A stretch of 32,000 bases of DNA from Zygophlyctis sp. KS116. Lineage: Eukaryota > Fungi > Chytridiomycota. Positions 1-15,042 of the stretch are shown piece by piece. The notes under the pieces were generated by a model. That model was given only the letters and a program-made list of their open reading frames with translations, did no database searches and was not told the origin of the DNA. Positions within the stretch are counted from its first letter, which is position 1. Each line of letters starts with the position of its first letter. The translations under genes and the position numbers were made by a program. The stretch is taken from the NCBI GenBank assembly GCA_054661495.1, contig BAAFSQ010000027.1, positions 31,156 to 63,155 on the forward strand. Reading direction: 5' to 3'.

Positions 1-330
1 GAGATTGAAAATTGGTCAGTGTCTCCGAGGGGGGCAGGATGGCTTTTTGGGTCAGCTGTAACTACAGAATTTCTTCAAGTAAACAAACTTTCTCTCATTG
101 CACGTGCACATCAATTAGTACAAGAAGGATATAAATTCATGTTTCCCGATAATAATTTAGTAACAGTTTGGTCTGCTCCAAATTATTGTTATAGATGCGG
201 AAATGTCGCATCTATAATGAAAATCGATGAATCTTGTTCTATAAAGAACAACTCTTTCAAGATATTTGATGCTGTTTCTGATGCTTCAAGAAGTATCCCA
301 AACAAAGTACCGACTCCTTATTTTTTATAA
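1..330 (+). CDS. SIT4: Ser/Thr protein phosphatase 6 / Sit4 catalytic subunit, 3' part (5' truncated by window)
   Basis: [39 protein letters not shown] and C-terminal TPYFL. GAGWLFG and QLVQEG point to PP6/Sit4 rather than PP2A or PP4. Confidence 0.9.
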   Translation, partial: EIENWSVSPRGAGWLFGSAVTTEFLQVNKLSLIARAHQLVQEGYKFMFPDNNLVTVWSAPNYCYRCGNVASIMKIDESCSIKNNSFKIFDAVSDASRSIPNKVPTPYFL

Positions 331-350
331 TAATCATGTTTTGTGAAACG

Positions 351-2312
351 TCAATAAATGGCTTCCAAATATACATAATCAGCCCACATTTCTCTAAAAA
401 TTGAGACATAACGATTGAGATCCTCATTCCCTTCAACCAAGATTCCATTATCTTCAAGAAATCTGTATACTGTAAAGAATAGGCTTTTTGAACCAGATTT
501 ATACGCCAATTCCAAATATTTTGAAGGATTGATTAAATCTGGTTCATTTATAAATTTAATGTATTGCAGAGCTTCCAATATCTACATTTTAGTCAAAATC
601 TTACACGATTACCTTATTATTGGCGACTAATGCGTGTAAAACTTGCGAATTCTCCCCAAGCCTCTTTAATATATCAATCCCAGTTTGAAAATATAAAGTT
701 TCAGGATCATTCAAGTGTTGTATCATATATTGCGCTAGAGTAGCCGAGTCAACAAGAATTCCATGTTTAAGCAGATCATTAAGTTCCGGGAGCCTATTGT
801 CTTGAATATATAATTTTCCCAAAAGTTCAGAATAAAAAGGGCCCGGAATTTCTTGAATATCTACAAGTGATTTTATATATAGATATAAATAATCAGCCAA
901 TTTTTCAGGGGCATCCTAAATCTTTATCAAAATATTTCAATTTACCAGAGATTCCGAAAGGCAACTAAAAACCAAAGCGAACATATCTTCTTGTGTCAAG
1001 ATACAAGTATATTTAGTGCGATTACCACTCCCTGCAAATCCATAAATTGATCCCACATATCTTAAAGTCCGACTCAAGATTGAGCGAGAAGCTCTCCCAT
1101 TTTTTGATGAGATCGAATCAACATTATCAAGTATAGAATCTGAACATGTATATTCCTTATCAGGCAGAGAAATTTTGTAAGAATTAATTGAATTAAAAGC
1201 CATCATTAATTCTTTGTAATGTACATTCCTCCTCATCATTCCTAAAAGTACTCTAGATATATTTTCCTTTGGGTCAGCTTGAGCTAACAGGATAGAAACA
1301 AGACCTGCTGAAGGATATGCTTCACGTACAATCTCTTTATAATCCATTGACAAAGCAAAGTAATTCCCTGTAGTTTCATTTTTCACGAAAAGATTCGGCA
1401 ATACCCGCAGAGTACCATTCATACCCTGTATCCTACATTTATATAAACAATTCTCATTTCGCTGTGAAAATCCATCATATAGTCCAAATTTCTAAGGGTA
1501 AGAAGAATTTAAGAAAACACCTTTTCTGATGCTTGAAACACTACAAGAGTATTTCCATGATTTATAAATGTTATCTCTCCGATACTTTCCTTTTTTAGAG
1601 AAATTTCCAGTGTTTTATGTTCCTGGAATCTTCCCTTGACGTACTTTTTTATGATAAGGGACATGTTTGGCCCACTAAAAACATCCAAAAATCCAATAAA
1701 CAGCATTGATTGTCTATAAATTTCAACACATGCTTTAAATTACATGTAGTAAATTACAAAATTCTTTTTATGAATCAAATCCAGTTCTGAAATCCGAATA
1801 TCCAACTTAAAAGAATCCAATCTTATAACATTATTCCCCTGTTTCAGACTAAAGACCGGAAACACATTTGATTGCGATGATGATAGCAAAATAATATTTT
1901 GATGCATGATATACCAATGGATTTTAAGATCAATCTTCTTTATCCTTTCCCAATTATTTTTGAGAGAATAAAACTCGAGTCCAGACACCAATACTAATAT
2001 CAATTCCCCAGGCCATAGACTATCAAACCCCAAAATTGTATCAGTCGTTACAATCGTTTGAGAATTACATATTTCTAGAGAGTTTGATGAATGTAATATA
2101 AACAGCTGCTGATTCAGATATTTTACTTGTCTGAATTTAGAAATCCCTCTTTAATTAGAAGAAGCAAATTACCCCATCAACAGAGTTTCTGTATTCGGCG
2201 TTAGTAAATATATATTGTCTTTATAGATTCTAAATGAATTGCAAGAGTCATAATAGTCTTGAGAACCATTGGTTGAAGGGGGAAAGGATATCGGACTTAA
2301 CAAGAGCGCCAT
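351..2312 (-). CDS. RMC1: Regulator of MON1-CCZ1 (RMC1/Mic1/C18orf8-like), 6 exons
   Basis: ATG at 2312. Five GT-AG introns of 24-31 nt join the minus-strand ORFs in frame. N-terminal ILGFD..ELILV..GLEFY..IHWY..IILLSS and C-terminal Mic1-like ELLGKLYIQ..LNDLLKHGILVDSATLA..FQTGIDILKRL..ILEALQY. Confidence 0.75.
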
Positions 2313-2375
2313 GGAAAACTTCCGCTGATTATGTCACAAACTCCTTTACCGATCCAACTAAACACTAAATCGGAC

Positions 2376-3971
2376 ATGCATACAAACGCTGAAACAAAGA
2401 TTAGACTAAATGATCTCTCAGCAGACTCTTGTGAACATGTATCGAATCAGTCAGAGAAGATAAACGTCTTTGCTCGAAACCAAATAATCAATCAGACATT
2501 AGTTCGACTAAATCGGCCAATGCAGATAAGAGAAGGGCAGTTATTTCTCCAAAATCAGCAATAAAAACTCAATCAGATCTACTAAAGAGGTTGCAGGCGT
2601 CAAGTCATGGCCCATCTAGTATTAATTCAAAATGGAAATCTGTTGTTGATCCATTAAAGCCTCAGCCAATAAGATCGTAGGATTTATTATTGTTTATTTT
2701 AGGAATCTGCCCAGAAAGCTGGATCCAATTCCGCATAGTATGTTTATTCAAAATTTAAATTGTAGCTTCACATGGAACATCTAATATGTTGAAAAATAAT
2801 AATGATCTTAGCTCATCATTATTCTCTAGGCTTCACACAGTCGAAACTCTTAATAGACAATTACAGGCCACGATTCAATTGAAGAATGCTGAAATTCAAA
2901 GAATGCAAGGAGTTATTGATACAAATTCAGCAAGTAAAAAGCTTGAAGATATAAGAGTTTTGGATATCAAGAATTCAAGTTTAGATAAAAAGGTTAAAGA
3001 TATGGAAAATTGGTTTATAAGACATGGAATGATTTGGCAAGACTTAGAGGCTTGCTTTGATTTCAAGAGATTTATGAATGGTATTACAAGACTAAATGAA
3101 TCTGAAGAATCAAAACCATATGCTTTCCTGGCTGTTTATAAAAATGGTTACATTCTGGATGAAAATTCGTTTAGTTTATGGACTGCTCAAAAAGGCTTAC
3201 AGTTCTTACAGGAAGTAATGCAGGGGAAATTTCCAACTGAAGCACTGGAAAATTATCCACAGAGAGTGAGATTTGATGTTTTTGATCGACATGAACAGGA
3301 CTTTGTTGATCCTGATTTTGGCGGAGATTGTGAATCAGGCTCCTCTAGTTCCTCTGAATCCTGTGGCTTATCTGAAAAGTTGGATTTCTCAAACAAAATG
3401 ACATGCTTGCGAAAACAAAAGAATGATTATTCATCGAATACATCATCTAAAATAGGAACTTTAACACATAAACCAAAACGTAATTAGAGTATGGCCAACT
3501 AACTTTTAGAATCTCTAGAGTCGTTTATGACAAAATATATTCCAAAGTATACGATTAAAGCAGGTACATGCGGACACACTTAATAATAGGACGTGTAATC
3601 CAGGTTAGAGAAGGACTGGCAGATTTAATTAATGTAATATACTTCCTTAATTATAACAGGGGACAGAAGGGAAAATCACTGTTTACAAGATAAATGCAGA
3701 GGATTCAAAAAAAGGATGCTCAAAATCTGCGAATTTAAGGATCAGAGTCACTGACTCAAAGGAATTCGTAGTTAAAATGGACTCTGCAAGCAAGATAATA
3801 GATTTAAAAAGGCTTCTTGCTAAAAATGATCTGCGCCTGTCAGATTTATCATCTTGGGAGCTAAAACCACCACTTCAACTCAGCTCACAATTCAAAATAT
3901 CAGAAAACAAAACACTTTTTGAATGTAGACTTGCTCCTACAGCACGTCTATTTGTATCCTATCAAAAATAA
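2376..3971 (+). CDS. UBXN11: UBX domain protein 11-like (coiled coil + SEP + UBX); start codon uncertain
   Basis: MENWFIRHGMIW, SEP-like LAVYKNGYIL..FLQEVMQGKFPTE..YPQRVRFDVFD, IPKYTIKAGRVIQVREGL and a C-terminal UBX-like LRIRVTDSKEFVVKM..LAPTARLFV. At least five tiny introns. The first exon is not resolved. Confidence 0.7.
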
Positions 3972-3975
3972 GTCA

Positions 3976-5200
3976 TTAATTACGAGATTGGAGTCTAGCA
4001 GATCTTCTACGATTCGAACCACTAGCCTCTAAAACATATTCTAGCCCTCTATCAGCTAATTTATCAGCTTGGTTTACTTTTTCGGGAGAATTAACCTGTC
4101 TTTTTGGAGATTTTCGTGGTGATCTACGTGGACTACCAAGCTTATTGTCCAAATCAGGAGTATTAGATTTAATTTCATCTTTAAGCAAACCTTGTGTTTC
4201 AGAATAAACAGTATCTTCTTGTTTCTTTAAAGCCTGTAATTTTTCTAATTTCTCTTTTCTAGAATAATATGCCTCTAATCCTATTCCCATAAAAACCACA
4301 CTAACAGCCATCCATTGCCAAAGATTAATAGTATGTCCAAATAAAAATACTGAAAGCAAAATTGAAAACATTTTTCTAGTCACAGTCACTGTAACCAATG
4401 ATAGAGATCCAAACCTTTGAAGCATATAAAAGATAAACAATTGTCCTAATGCCCCTGTAAGTGCAAAAATAAAAATATCTCTTAATACTGAAGGATGAGA
4501 CTGTATAAATTGCATTCCATCCCCTAATTCTGAACTCCAAGGATTAAAAAAGAGATAAAGAGTCATTAATACAAATGATATTCCATTCATATTAGTCATC
4601 CTAAGTTTAAACTATAATAATAAAATACATATGAGCCCCTGTAACTTTAAATCTATGAAAAATAACATCTTGAGTAGAATTTGTGGCACCATCTAAAAAC
4701 AAATTAATTCCTAAAAGACATAAACCCCATAATGATGATCCTTTTTCTAGAGCTTCTTGTGAATGTAGCAACATGAAACCAGACACTCCAGCAGAGATAA
4801 AAATCACCGTTACATACTTGTAAATTGGAAATGTTTTGCGATACAAGATAAAATTCATGAGCATCACTGGAACCAGTTTACATGATTTCCCTAAAATCAC
4901 AGTCGGATAATCAATGTGCTTCAATGCCGCATATCCAAACGGCGACGCCAGAGTTGAAATGACTGATACTCTAAGATAATTCAAAAAGAGATCTTTGGAC
5001 ATGTTGATAGTCCTTGATCCAAGAGAATATAATGATCCGATCATGAATGCAGTTAGCGATTGGATTGTATTCAAAAGTATAAAATATTTAAATTTCTGAC
5101 CATCATAAGAAGTTGTAGAAACTCTTTCCTGAGTAATTCCCCAAGAGAGGAAGCATACATAGACTCCAACAACACAAAACAAAAACTCAATATTTATCAT
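3976..5200 (-). CDS. HUT1: UDP-galactose/UAA-family nucleotide-sugar transporter (Hut1/SLC35B1), 2 exons
   Basis: WGITQER, ALKHIDYPTVILGKSCKLVPVM, DGATNSTQD, GQLFIF..FGSL..VTVTRKMFSILLS. One 28-nt intron near 4601-4628. Confidence 0.9.
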
Positions 5201-5241
5201 TGATCCAATTATCGGAAGGTTTAAGTCCTCGACGCAACGGT

Positions 5242-7028
5242 TTAAAGAGATTTATTAGTCTTTCTTTGCTTTAGATTCTTGTTTTTATGATTCTTTCCAG
5301 CATTCTTTTCATTTTCTCCCTGAGCATCTTTTGCATCCAGAGTATCCTTACCATCTTTTAATAGTTTATCATCCCGAGTCTTGAGAGTCTCGCTTTCTTC
5401 GTGATCAGAATCGTCTTCTTCATCAGACTCCTTATCATCTTCTCCAACTTGTCCAAATTCATTTCGACGACGCTTGTCTTCTGGATAAATCCATTTCTGA
5501 TATAGGTATACAAGGAATACAACATCATCCCTTAAACATGCTAGTCGATGCATCATGGGCATTGTAACTACAAAAGCAAATAAATCATCTATAAAGGTAT
5601 TTAAAGCCTTATACATAAATGTTTTCCATGGCATATGTGCTACACTTTTTAATTTATAATTAATAAAGAGTTGTGGAGTCATTGATATAAATCCAAATGC
5701 ATACACAAATCCAACAAGAGTTGATATTACAAATGAATACCATCCCTTATGTTCTTCATAAACCAAAGAATATATGGTATATCCTATTAAACATGGAAAC
5801 AAGACATAAGAGAGATAACCAAATGCCAACTAAATTTTAAAATTATAGAGAATACCTCATCATATTTTTGAGTCTTTTTAGTAAGTTTTGAAGGTTTCAA
5901 ACGTCCTTCAAAGACTATAAAAGGCCATTTATCAGATTTTTTAATTTTTACAGCCTTGTTTACTTTCCAAATTTCAATTAATAGACCTGTTCCAGAAGAA
6001 ATTAAAATCACCCAAGAGGTGTCATTATCCAAAAGATATAAAAACACAATTCCTTGAAACAAAATATTTAAAACTATAGTTCTAAAAGAAAGTCCTTCTA
6101 AATTTGACTTGCTTTTCCAAAATTCAACATCATTCTTAAATGCCAAAAAATCAAATATTGAGTGTAATATTGAGACTAGAAAAGTTATAATCAACAGTAC
6201 TGGATTAGTTTCTAAAAACAATCGTTTTAATTCATCCATATCTTTTGAAGGCATTCCCATAACTTCCTTTTGTACTCTAAAAGACTCTTCAAATTGTTTA
6301 TAAAGCTGAAATTTCCAAAATGGAATACTAGTCACCTCTAAATACACTGGTACTTTTTCTACAGTATCATTTAGAGGAATTAATTGATCTTTTAACATCC
6401 AAAAATCATTAATGAAAAAAATTGGATAATACCCATTCCCATTAGACTTAATTTCCTTTACTACATTTGGCGGTAAATTTTGTCCTAAAACCCCAAAATG
6501 ATCTACTAGAGTTATAGTTATATTTGGCCACCAATGACTTTGGATTTCTGAAGATTCCAGAGACTTATCATCATCCAACAAATTCTTTTTAGAATTCTTT
6601 AATACCTTATGAAAGCTAGTAATCTCTTTAAAAGTATAAAGCTGATCATCACCATTGAGTAAAAAAGCATGTACAAACAGAGAAGAATTTGAATTTTCCT
6701 TTTTTAGAGTAAAATTAAAATCTACAAGTTGAGTCTTTAGCTCTCTTAATTTGAATTCCGACTTGTAAATTTCAGTTGATTGATCAGCCTGAAAATATTT
6801 ATAATCTGAAAAATAGACGACAAGTTGTACGTTTTGTACATTTTCCCATAAATTCAAGAGCCGCAATTCTTGTGGCACATTTCCATTTTCCAAATTTTGA
6901 CCGCCGCTAAAGAATTTAACAGCAGAAACTATATTCCTAATCATCCAAAACCAGAACAATGTTTTCAGAAGCTGCATCAGCCAAGAATTTCCATTTCCAT
7001 CAGCGTTGGTCGGTTCGTTTTGAGGCAT
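5242..7028 (-). CDS. CLPTM1: CLPTM1-family multipass membrane protein (lipid scramblase-like), 2 exons
   Basis: FLETNPVLL, LHSIFDFLAFKND, MTPQLFINYKLKSVAHMPW, YKALNTFIDDLFAF, HRLACLRDD, YLYQKWIY. One 26-nt intron at 5830-5855. Confidence 0.92.
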
Positions 7029-7147
7029 TCGACGGTAACCTCAGCCCCCGACTCTACACTTTGTCACTTATCAACTTATCTACAAGAGTAGATATTGACC
7101 ATTCTGACAATTCTGACAAATCGGACATTCAGAAACTTCCGAATAAA

Positions 7148-9380
<2,233 letters not shown>

Positions 9381-9395
9381 AGTTTGTGTTTTACA

Positions 9396-12300
9396 TTAAA
9401 GAATACTCAAGCATGTTTGAATTTTATTTTCTGTGCAGATTTTTTCTGCCATAGTACGGCTTTCTTCCGACTTATCATAGAATTTTGAATTTTTGACCAA
9501 AAATATAATCGCTAAATATTTAGTTTTTGATTCCTTCTCCTGAGCTAGCCGTTTTGCCTCGTCCTTTATGTAATTTAGAGGAAGTGGAGCAAATTGGGGA
9601 TCGGATCTTTTTTCCAGAGCCTTCGCCAGGATATGCAACTTTTGAACCAAAAAATGACATGGCATCTTTGAAAGAGATTTTGCCATTCGGCCCGCATGTT
9701 TATGTAGCAAACCCGCAACACCAAAATCAGAGGACTTTGCAGTTTCAAAGTAACGCTGGATTGATGAAGATGCATGAGTAAGAGATGACGAAACAGTATC
9801 CTTTCTTTTTACCGAAACATTACGATCTAATTTTTCTATTCTTCTGTCTTTTAAGCTCTTGGTACTTTCTGTTATTCTTGATATATTTCTGAATTTGGCT
9901 GAAACATTGCCCATACTTGATTCAGACTCGATTTCGCAAATGATTTCATTTTCAAAAAGTGTGCAGAGCGATAAAATAGTAAGCAGAATTCCATAAATGG
10001 TAGCAGTATTTTCAATTGATATAATATCCATTAAACCTATAGCTTCATCTAACTCTTTCATAGCATCTTCGAATTTTTTAGATTGAATGTATAATTGCGA
10101 CTGTATTCCATGCATCAAAAAACCCAATGTTTGATCATCCTCCATTTCTTGTTTCAGAGATTTAATTTCTTCTTCAATAGGAAACAATGGGGCATATCCT
10201 TTAAGTATAGATATGCACATTTGAACTTGAGTATTACAAAAATAAAATCATACCAGCTCTAAATATGTGACTCTGGTTGAAAAGACCCCATGATGAGCAT
10301 TCATTTATAGCAATACCACTTAATGCTATCGCTTGATCAAAAAGACCATTGAATGTGAGAATCAATGCTTTCTGTCTTAATGCAACCAGCCATCCTTCAA
10401 AACAACCTAAAATTAAGTAAAGAATTGTAACCTTGACTTTTACAAAACTTCATACAATCTGTTGCTTGATTATCAACCATTTCCCAATTTCCAGTCGCTG
10501 TCAAATACACCATACTTAACGAAAAAGATTCAGGTGAATTACGAACTAAAGTTTCACCGCTTGGTAAATGTTTTGAAAAGTTCTTAAAAATATATATAGA
10601 CACATTTGTATGGCCAATATATAAAAGCATCAATGCAACATATATAAACGATGTGACATGTTGAGATAAATTACGATGATTATGTTGAAGATCAATGCTT
10701 AAGAGAGATATATGACAGGCAAGCTGCTCGTATAATGAGCCATTTATTTTCGATAGGTATTTTGACATTAGAGAAAGAAATGACGAAATTTGCCTCCATC
10801 TCGAGTGATTATCTACACATGCAAACTCCTCTGCATTGTCCAAGTTGCCCATGAACGAGTCATATTCACTTTCATTGGCAGAATTGTTTGCAAAAATTTT
10901 GTTTTTCTTTGACTTTTTACCAATTAGAGACTTCCAAGAAGCCAAAGAGACAATAGCGCTATTTTTTAAAATGATTGTTTTCCATCCCTCTTTGCAAGAA
11001 GGCCATTCATAACCTAGCTTTGAAAGGCCACTAATTATATAATCGATGCTCTTGTGTAGGTTTAAATATTCTTCCATAGAGTTGGCAAATGTTATGGCCA
11101 TATATAAATCCCATTCACTACTTAAATAGGGTCCTATCCTCTGATGTAGCCCATATTTTTCCAATATTCGATCTACTTGCATGAATATATACTGAGCTTC
11201 CATAAATGACTCTGTGCACTTGCATAGATATGATCCTAGCATTATAAGATATTTGATTCTCTTTTGAAGATTATTAAGGTCTGTAAAATAAGTAATAGAA
11301 TAATGATATGATATAAGAGGTATAAAGACAGGCTCCGTAATAATATTCAATCGCTGTTCGTAGTGGCTGATCAGATTCTTTTGCCTAACTAGCCTCTCAC
11401 TTTCGGTAATCATTTCTAGTCTAATTATCTGCCGAACTTCAGAAAACCGAAATTGAAATATAGCGTTTGTAGATTCAGATATTTCTTCGTCTTTATCACA
11501 ACATCTTTCAAAGAATTCAAAATAGTCGTTCAGTAATAGAGTGCCAAGTAAATATTGTTTTAAAGTTTTAGTGTTTTCATTTCGGTTACGTGGCAGCGGG
11601 TAAACATTGGGCCACACGGCACATAATTCTTCAATTGAAAACCTTCGCCCAATGATACTAGCGCACTTTAAAAGCTTTTGAAATGGTTTCGATGGGAGTC
11701 TATTAAACTGCCACTTGATAATTTCACTATATGTCTTAGGGAATCAATATTGATTAAAGTTTGATGGTAAAGATATGATATATTTTCTCAATGAGAAAAT
11801 ATTTAAATCCAATAGAGTTTTCGATACCGCATCAAAATGCATTACCAGTTCTTTGAGGTTACTAGAATGTATATTTACCGCCATAATTGTTGCGTATAAA
11901 AGAAATTAAGGTCTCGTTTATCGAGAGAGCAAAATGAAAGCAATTATTTATCATAGCATATTCCATAATTTTAGAATTTTCATAATCTATATTAATATTC
12001 GCAATATCTTTCATGTTATAAATTTTATCGATCATGGATTTTCTGTAATCTATGGTCTCTCTAGATGCCATAATGAATAATACCTAATCTATAAATTGAA
12101 ACCTCATACATTTTTACAATTCTGGATCAAATGAAACATAATTTTCCAGCTAGCCTAGCGATTTAATAAAATTATAAGATTACCGAATCCTGTCTCATTA
12201 ATAAGGTTTTCATTTACCATCCTAAAAATGTTAAAGAAAATTGCAATATACCATTGAATATCATCCAAAAAAAACGCCAAAGGTTTATTAACAGAGATTT

Positions 12301-15037
12301 TATCTATTAATCTGACCAATATATCGCCTAGGCGAGTCGTTCTTGTTCCAGGCTTAAATTGTGGAGCATAATCTGGTACCAAATCAGGTAGTATGACATA
12401 GTTTAGAAGAGGCAGAGCTTCAAGAGGATTTTCTCCTGCTTTTGATAAGGCTTGCTTTATTTCAGAGATGATATGTGAAATAAAATTAGGATCTGACGGC
12501 ATTTCATCCCAGCTCTGATTTAAAAGCGGTGCTCTTTCCTCTGGGACAGGATTCATATCATTTGAGAATCTTAAGTCGCTTTTTTTACCTTTGTTCTGCT
12601 GACCAAAAGCCCCTCTCAATGAGCTAAGAGATCCTACAGCGAACGAAGCTTGCTTGAAAAAGTTTTTGATTGGTTTTTCCATTTTATTGTTACTGGTTTG
12701 CACTTCCTTTTTTTGGCCTGAGGAATTAATTAAATCAAGAAGTTTGGGGATGATTGAAGTGAAAGGTTGCATCGGTGTAGAATAGCAATCGTTCTTTTTT
12801 TAACTAGTAATAAATTACCTCACTACAGCATCCGTGGACCACCAAAAACTCCATCTTTTCACAGTATCTTTTAAAATTCGACAATATCTTTGATTTTCCA
12901 CTTCCTGGAGGTAAGAATAATATTATTACCTGGACTTCCTTTTAATAAAATGGGGTTGGGCTTCCCATCCTCTAAGAAAGACTTGATGAGTGTTTGCCAT
13001 TTTGAGCAAAGAGGATTTTTGTCTATATTTTCTAAAAATCCTATTTTTGAATCTTTTCCTGTAGATTTAAAATATGAAATCGAGTTCCAAACTTGCTTCG
13101 AAACTCCCACGAGCTCGTGTAGAATAACCGAAACATTTTTAGTATTCATCTGGGGAAAGATATAAGCATTCGAACCCAGAAAAGCTTCATTTGAAATAAA
13201 AAAATCACATTCTGTTGCATCCAGGTAGCCTGTTACTGTATCGTCATCAATTAGCAAAGTTTTTTTGCACATAGGCAATGCAGAAATTGCTCCGGCATCA
13301 CTTATGCACTGTCCGATTGTTCTGAATTCCATCCTGTGTTTACTAGACAAAATTCCACGAAAGCATATGCCCTGTGTGACTGCGATGCTCAAATCGTGAA
13401 CGATCCCATTTGCTATCAGCTTCTTTACCATGATAGCAATTTTTATAATCCTTCTGTTAGCGGACCCCTACAATTAATTTTTTTTTCAATTACGGGTACA
13501 TCTCCATCATATGTTACAAACGAAATAACAACAGAGCGGTCATAATCTGTATTGATTTGGTATGTAAATGTATCATTTGCCCAAGTTATTTTCTGAATTG
13601 TAATTAATATCTCTTGTATTCTTTTGCAAATTTCGATAGAGGAATAATAATGATCACCAAAATCACTTTGAGTTGCTAAGTTCCTAATTCTAACAGCCAT
13701 TGTCGAACATTTCTCCCATTTTGACTCTAAATCTTCCTTCTTTAACGTCTTTTCTTGCTTTTTCCTGAACAGCTGGAAGGTCTGATCACATAGATACGTT
13801 TCAATGACAGATGTGTATTTTTTATTCCCCGCGTCACAGTATAATATATGCTCGCTTATCCCTGATGTTAAAGAAATAAGAGAATCTGTATCCTTTCGTG
13901 GTACTGGATCAATTATAAATCCCTCATCAATCTTTCTACCATCAGTGAATGGTAGTCCACCTTCAGTTGTCATAGAATAAATTCTATTAGAAATAATAAT
14001 AGATCCTATTCTGATGAGCCACTGTGAAATTTTACCTTGAGTAACTTCACTTACTAGTATCTTTTGAGCCATTGTAAATGCAGTGCCAGCACATAAAGTA
14101 TTACATTTGAGTCTTGTGACACCGAAATGAATATCAATGACTGATCCATATGCGATTGAGCATCTGAGATCACACTTAATTTTTTGTTTTTCTCCAACAT
14201 ACTCTTCCAAAGCCCATGATTGCACCTGACCAGTCAGTAAAGAACATTTTTCACAGCAAATTATAGCATTTATCATTGCTAGAACATCTCTAGATTTATA
14301 TGGATACTTATCTTCCACTTTTATACTTTCAAGAGAAACAGAACCGTTGAGATCTGAAGAATATTGATTTACAAGGCTAAAAAACGGAGCATCTACCATC
14401 ATTGACCTTCGCTTCTTATTTAGCAATTTTAATTCTCTAGATCCCCACGAACTAGCGAAGGAGTCTTGTCGGTGAATCACCGGCGAATGGCTGGATTTCT
14501 CTTTCCCTCCGGGTTCATCCTCTTTTAATTTAGCATTCTTATTATTATTCTTTAATCGCCAGAAAACAGTAATAAAATCATTTTTGATTCTAAGATTTAG
14601 TAGATAAATTTAACATACTTTACGATATCTCCATTAAATTCATGGATTATATCATATATCTAACGATCAGCAATTCAACCTACCTTTCCAATGATAGCTT
14701 CCAATGATCTACTGATTGCTTCTGCTGGAACCTTATCCGCTAAACTTTCCAGCATCTGCGTATATCCACAAACTTCAATTATGGCACATATCCCAACATT
14801 CTCTTCTGCATCCATTTTAGAGTCCATGGGCTCATCCAAATTAAGATCGAATTCATCTATTGAAGAGAGAGCATTGAATGATGTGCTCTGATTGATCCTT
14901 GAAGAGATAGAACTAGTACTAAAAGAGTCGGTGGAATTATCTTTTTTCTCAAGATCTTGATCTCTGGTGTAAGTATTTTTGACTTGATTTGAGACAAAAT
15001 TCGAAGGCTCAAGATCGCTAACAGATATATATTTCAT
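9396..15037 (-). CDS. Soluble adenylyl cyclase (ADCY10)-like STAND protein: two degenerate class III cyclase domains + P-loop NTPase + helical C-terminus; one in-frame TGA at 11746-11744
   Basis: After splicing ~13 introns: C1 IIEVCGYT..FNGDIVKIKND..VFW; C2 AVTQGICFRGIL..RMEFRTIGQCISDAGA; Walker A GSPGSGKS (split by intron 12905-12929); Walker B FFLDDIQWMDSASW; LLKCASIIGRRF. Start codon uncertain. Confidence 0.8.
12084..12251 (-). other. Cluster of four tiny introns with 4-nt and 6-nt microexons
   Basis: Introns 12251-12222, 12217-12190, 12183-12155 and 12109-12084, all GT-AG. Exons GATG (12221-12218) and GATTCG (12189-12184). Confidence 0.8.
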
Positions 15038-15042
15038 ATAAT

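Noticed and set aside
2040-2080. Possible AT-AC intron in RMC1
   Set aside because: Careful re-reading shows a continuous frame (SNSLEICNSQTIVTTDTILGF), so no intron is needed.
6959-7147. ORF-track N-terminal extension of Cla4 overlapping CLPTM1
   Set aside because: It relies on a distant upstream start. ATG 7148 directly precedes the PH domain.
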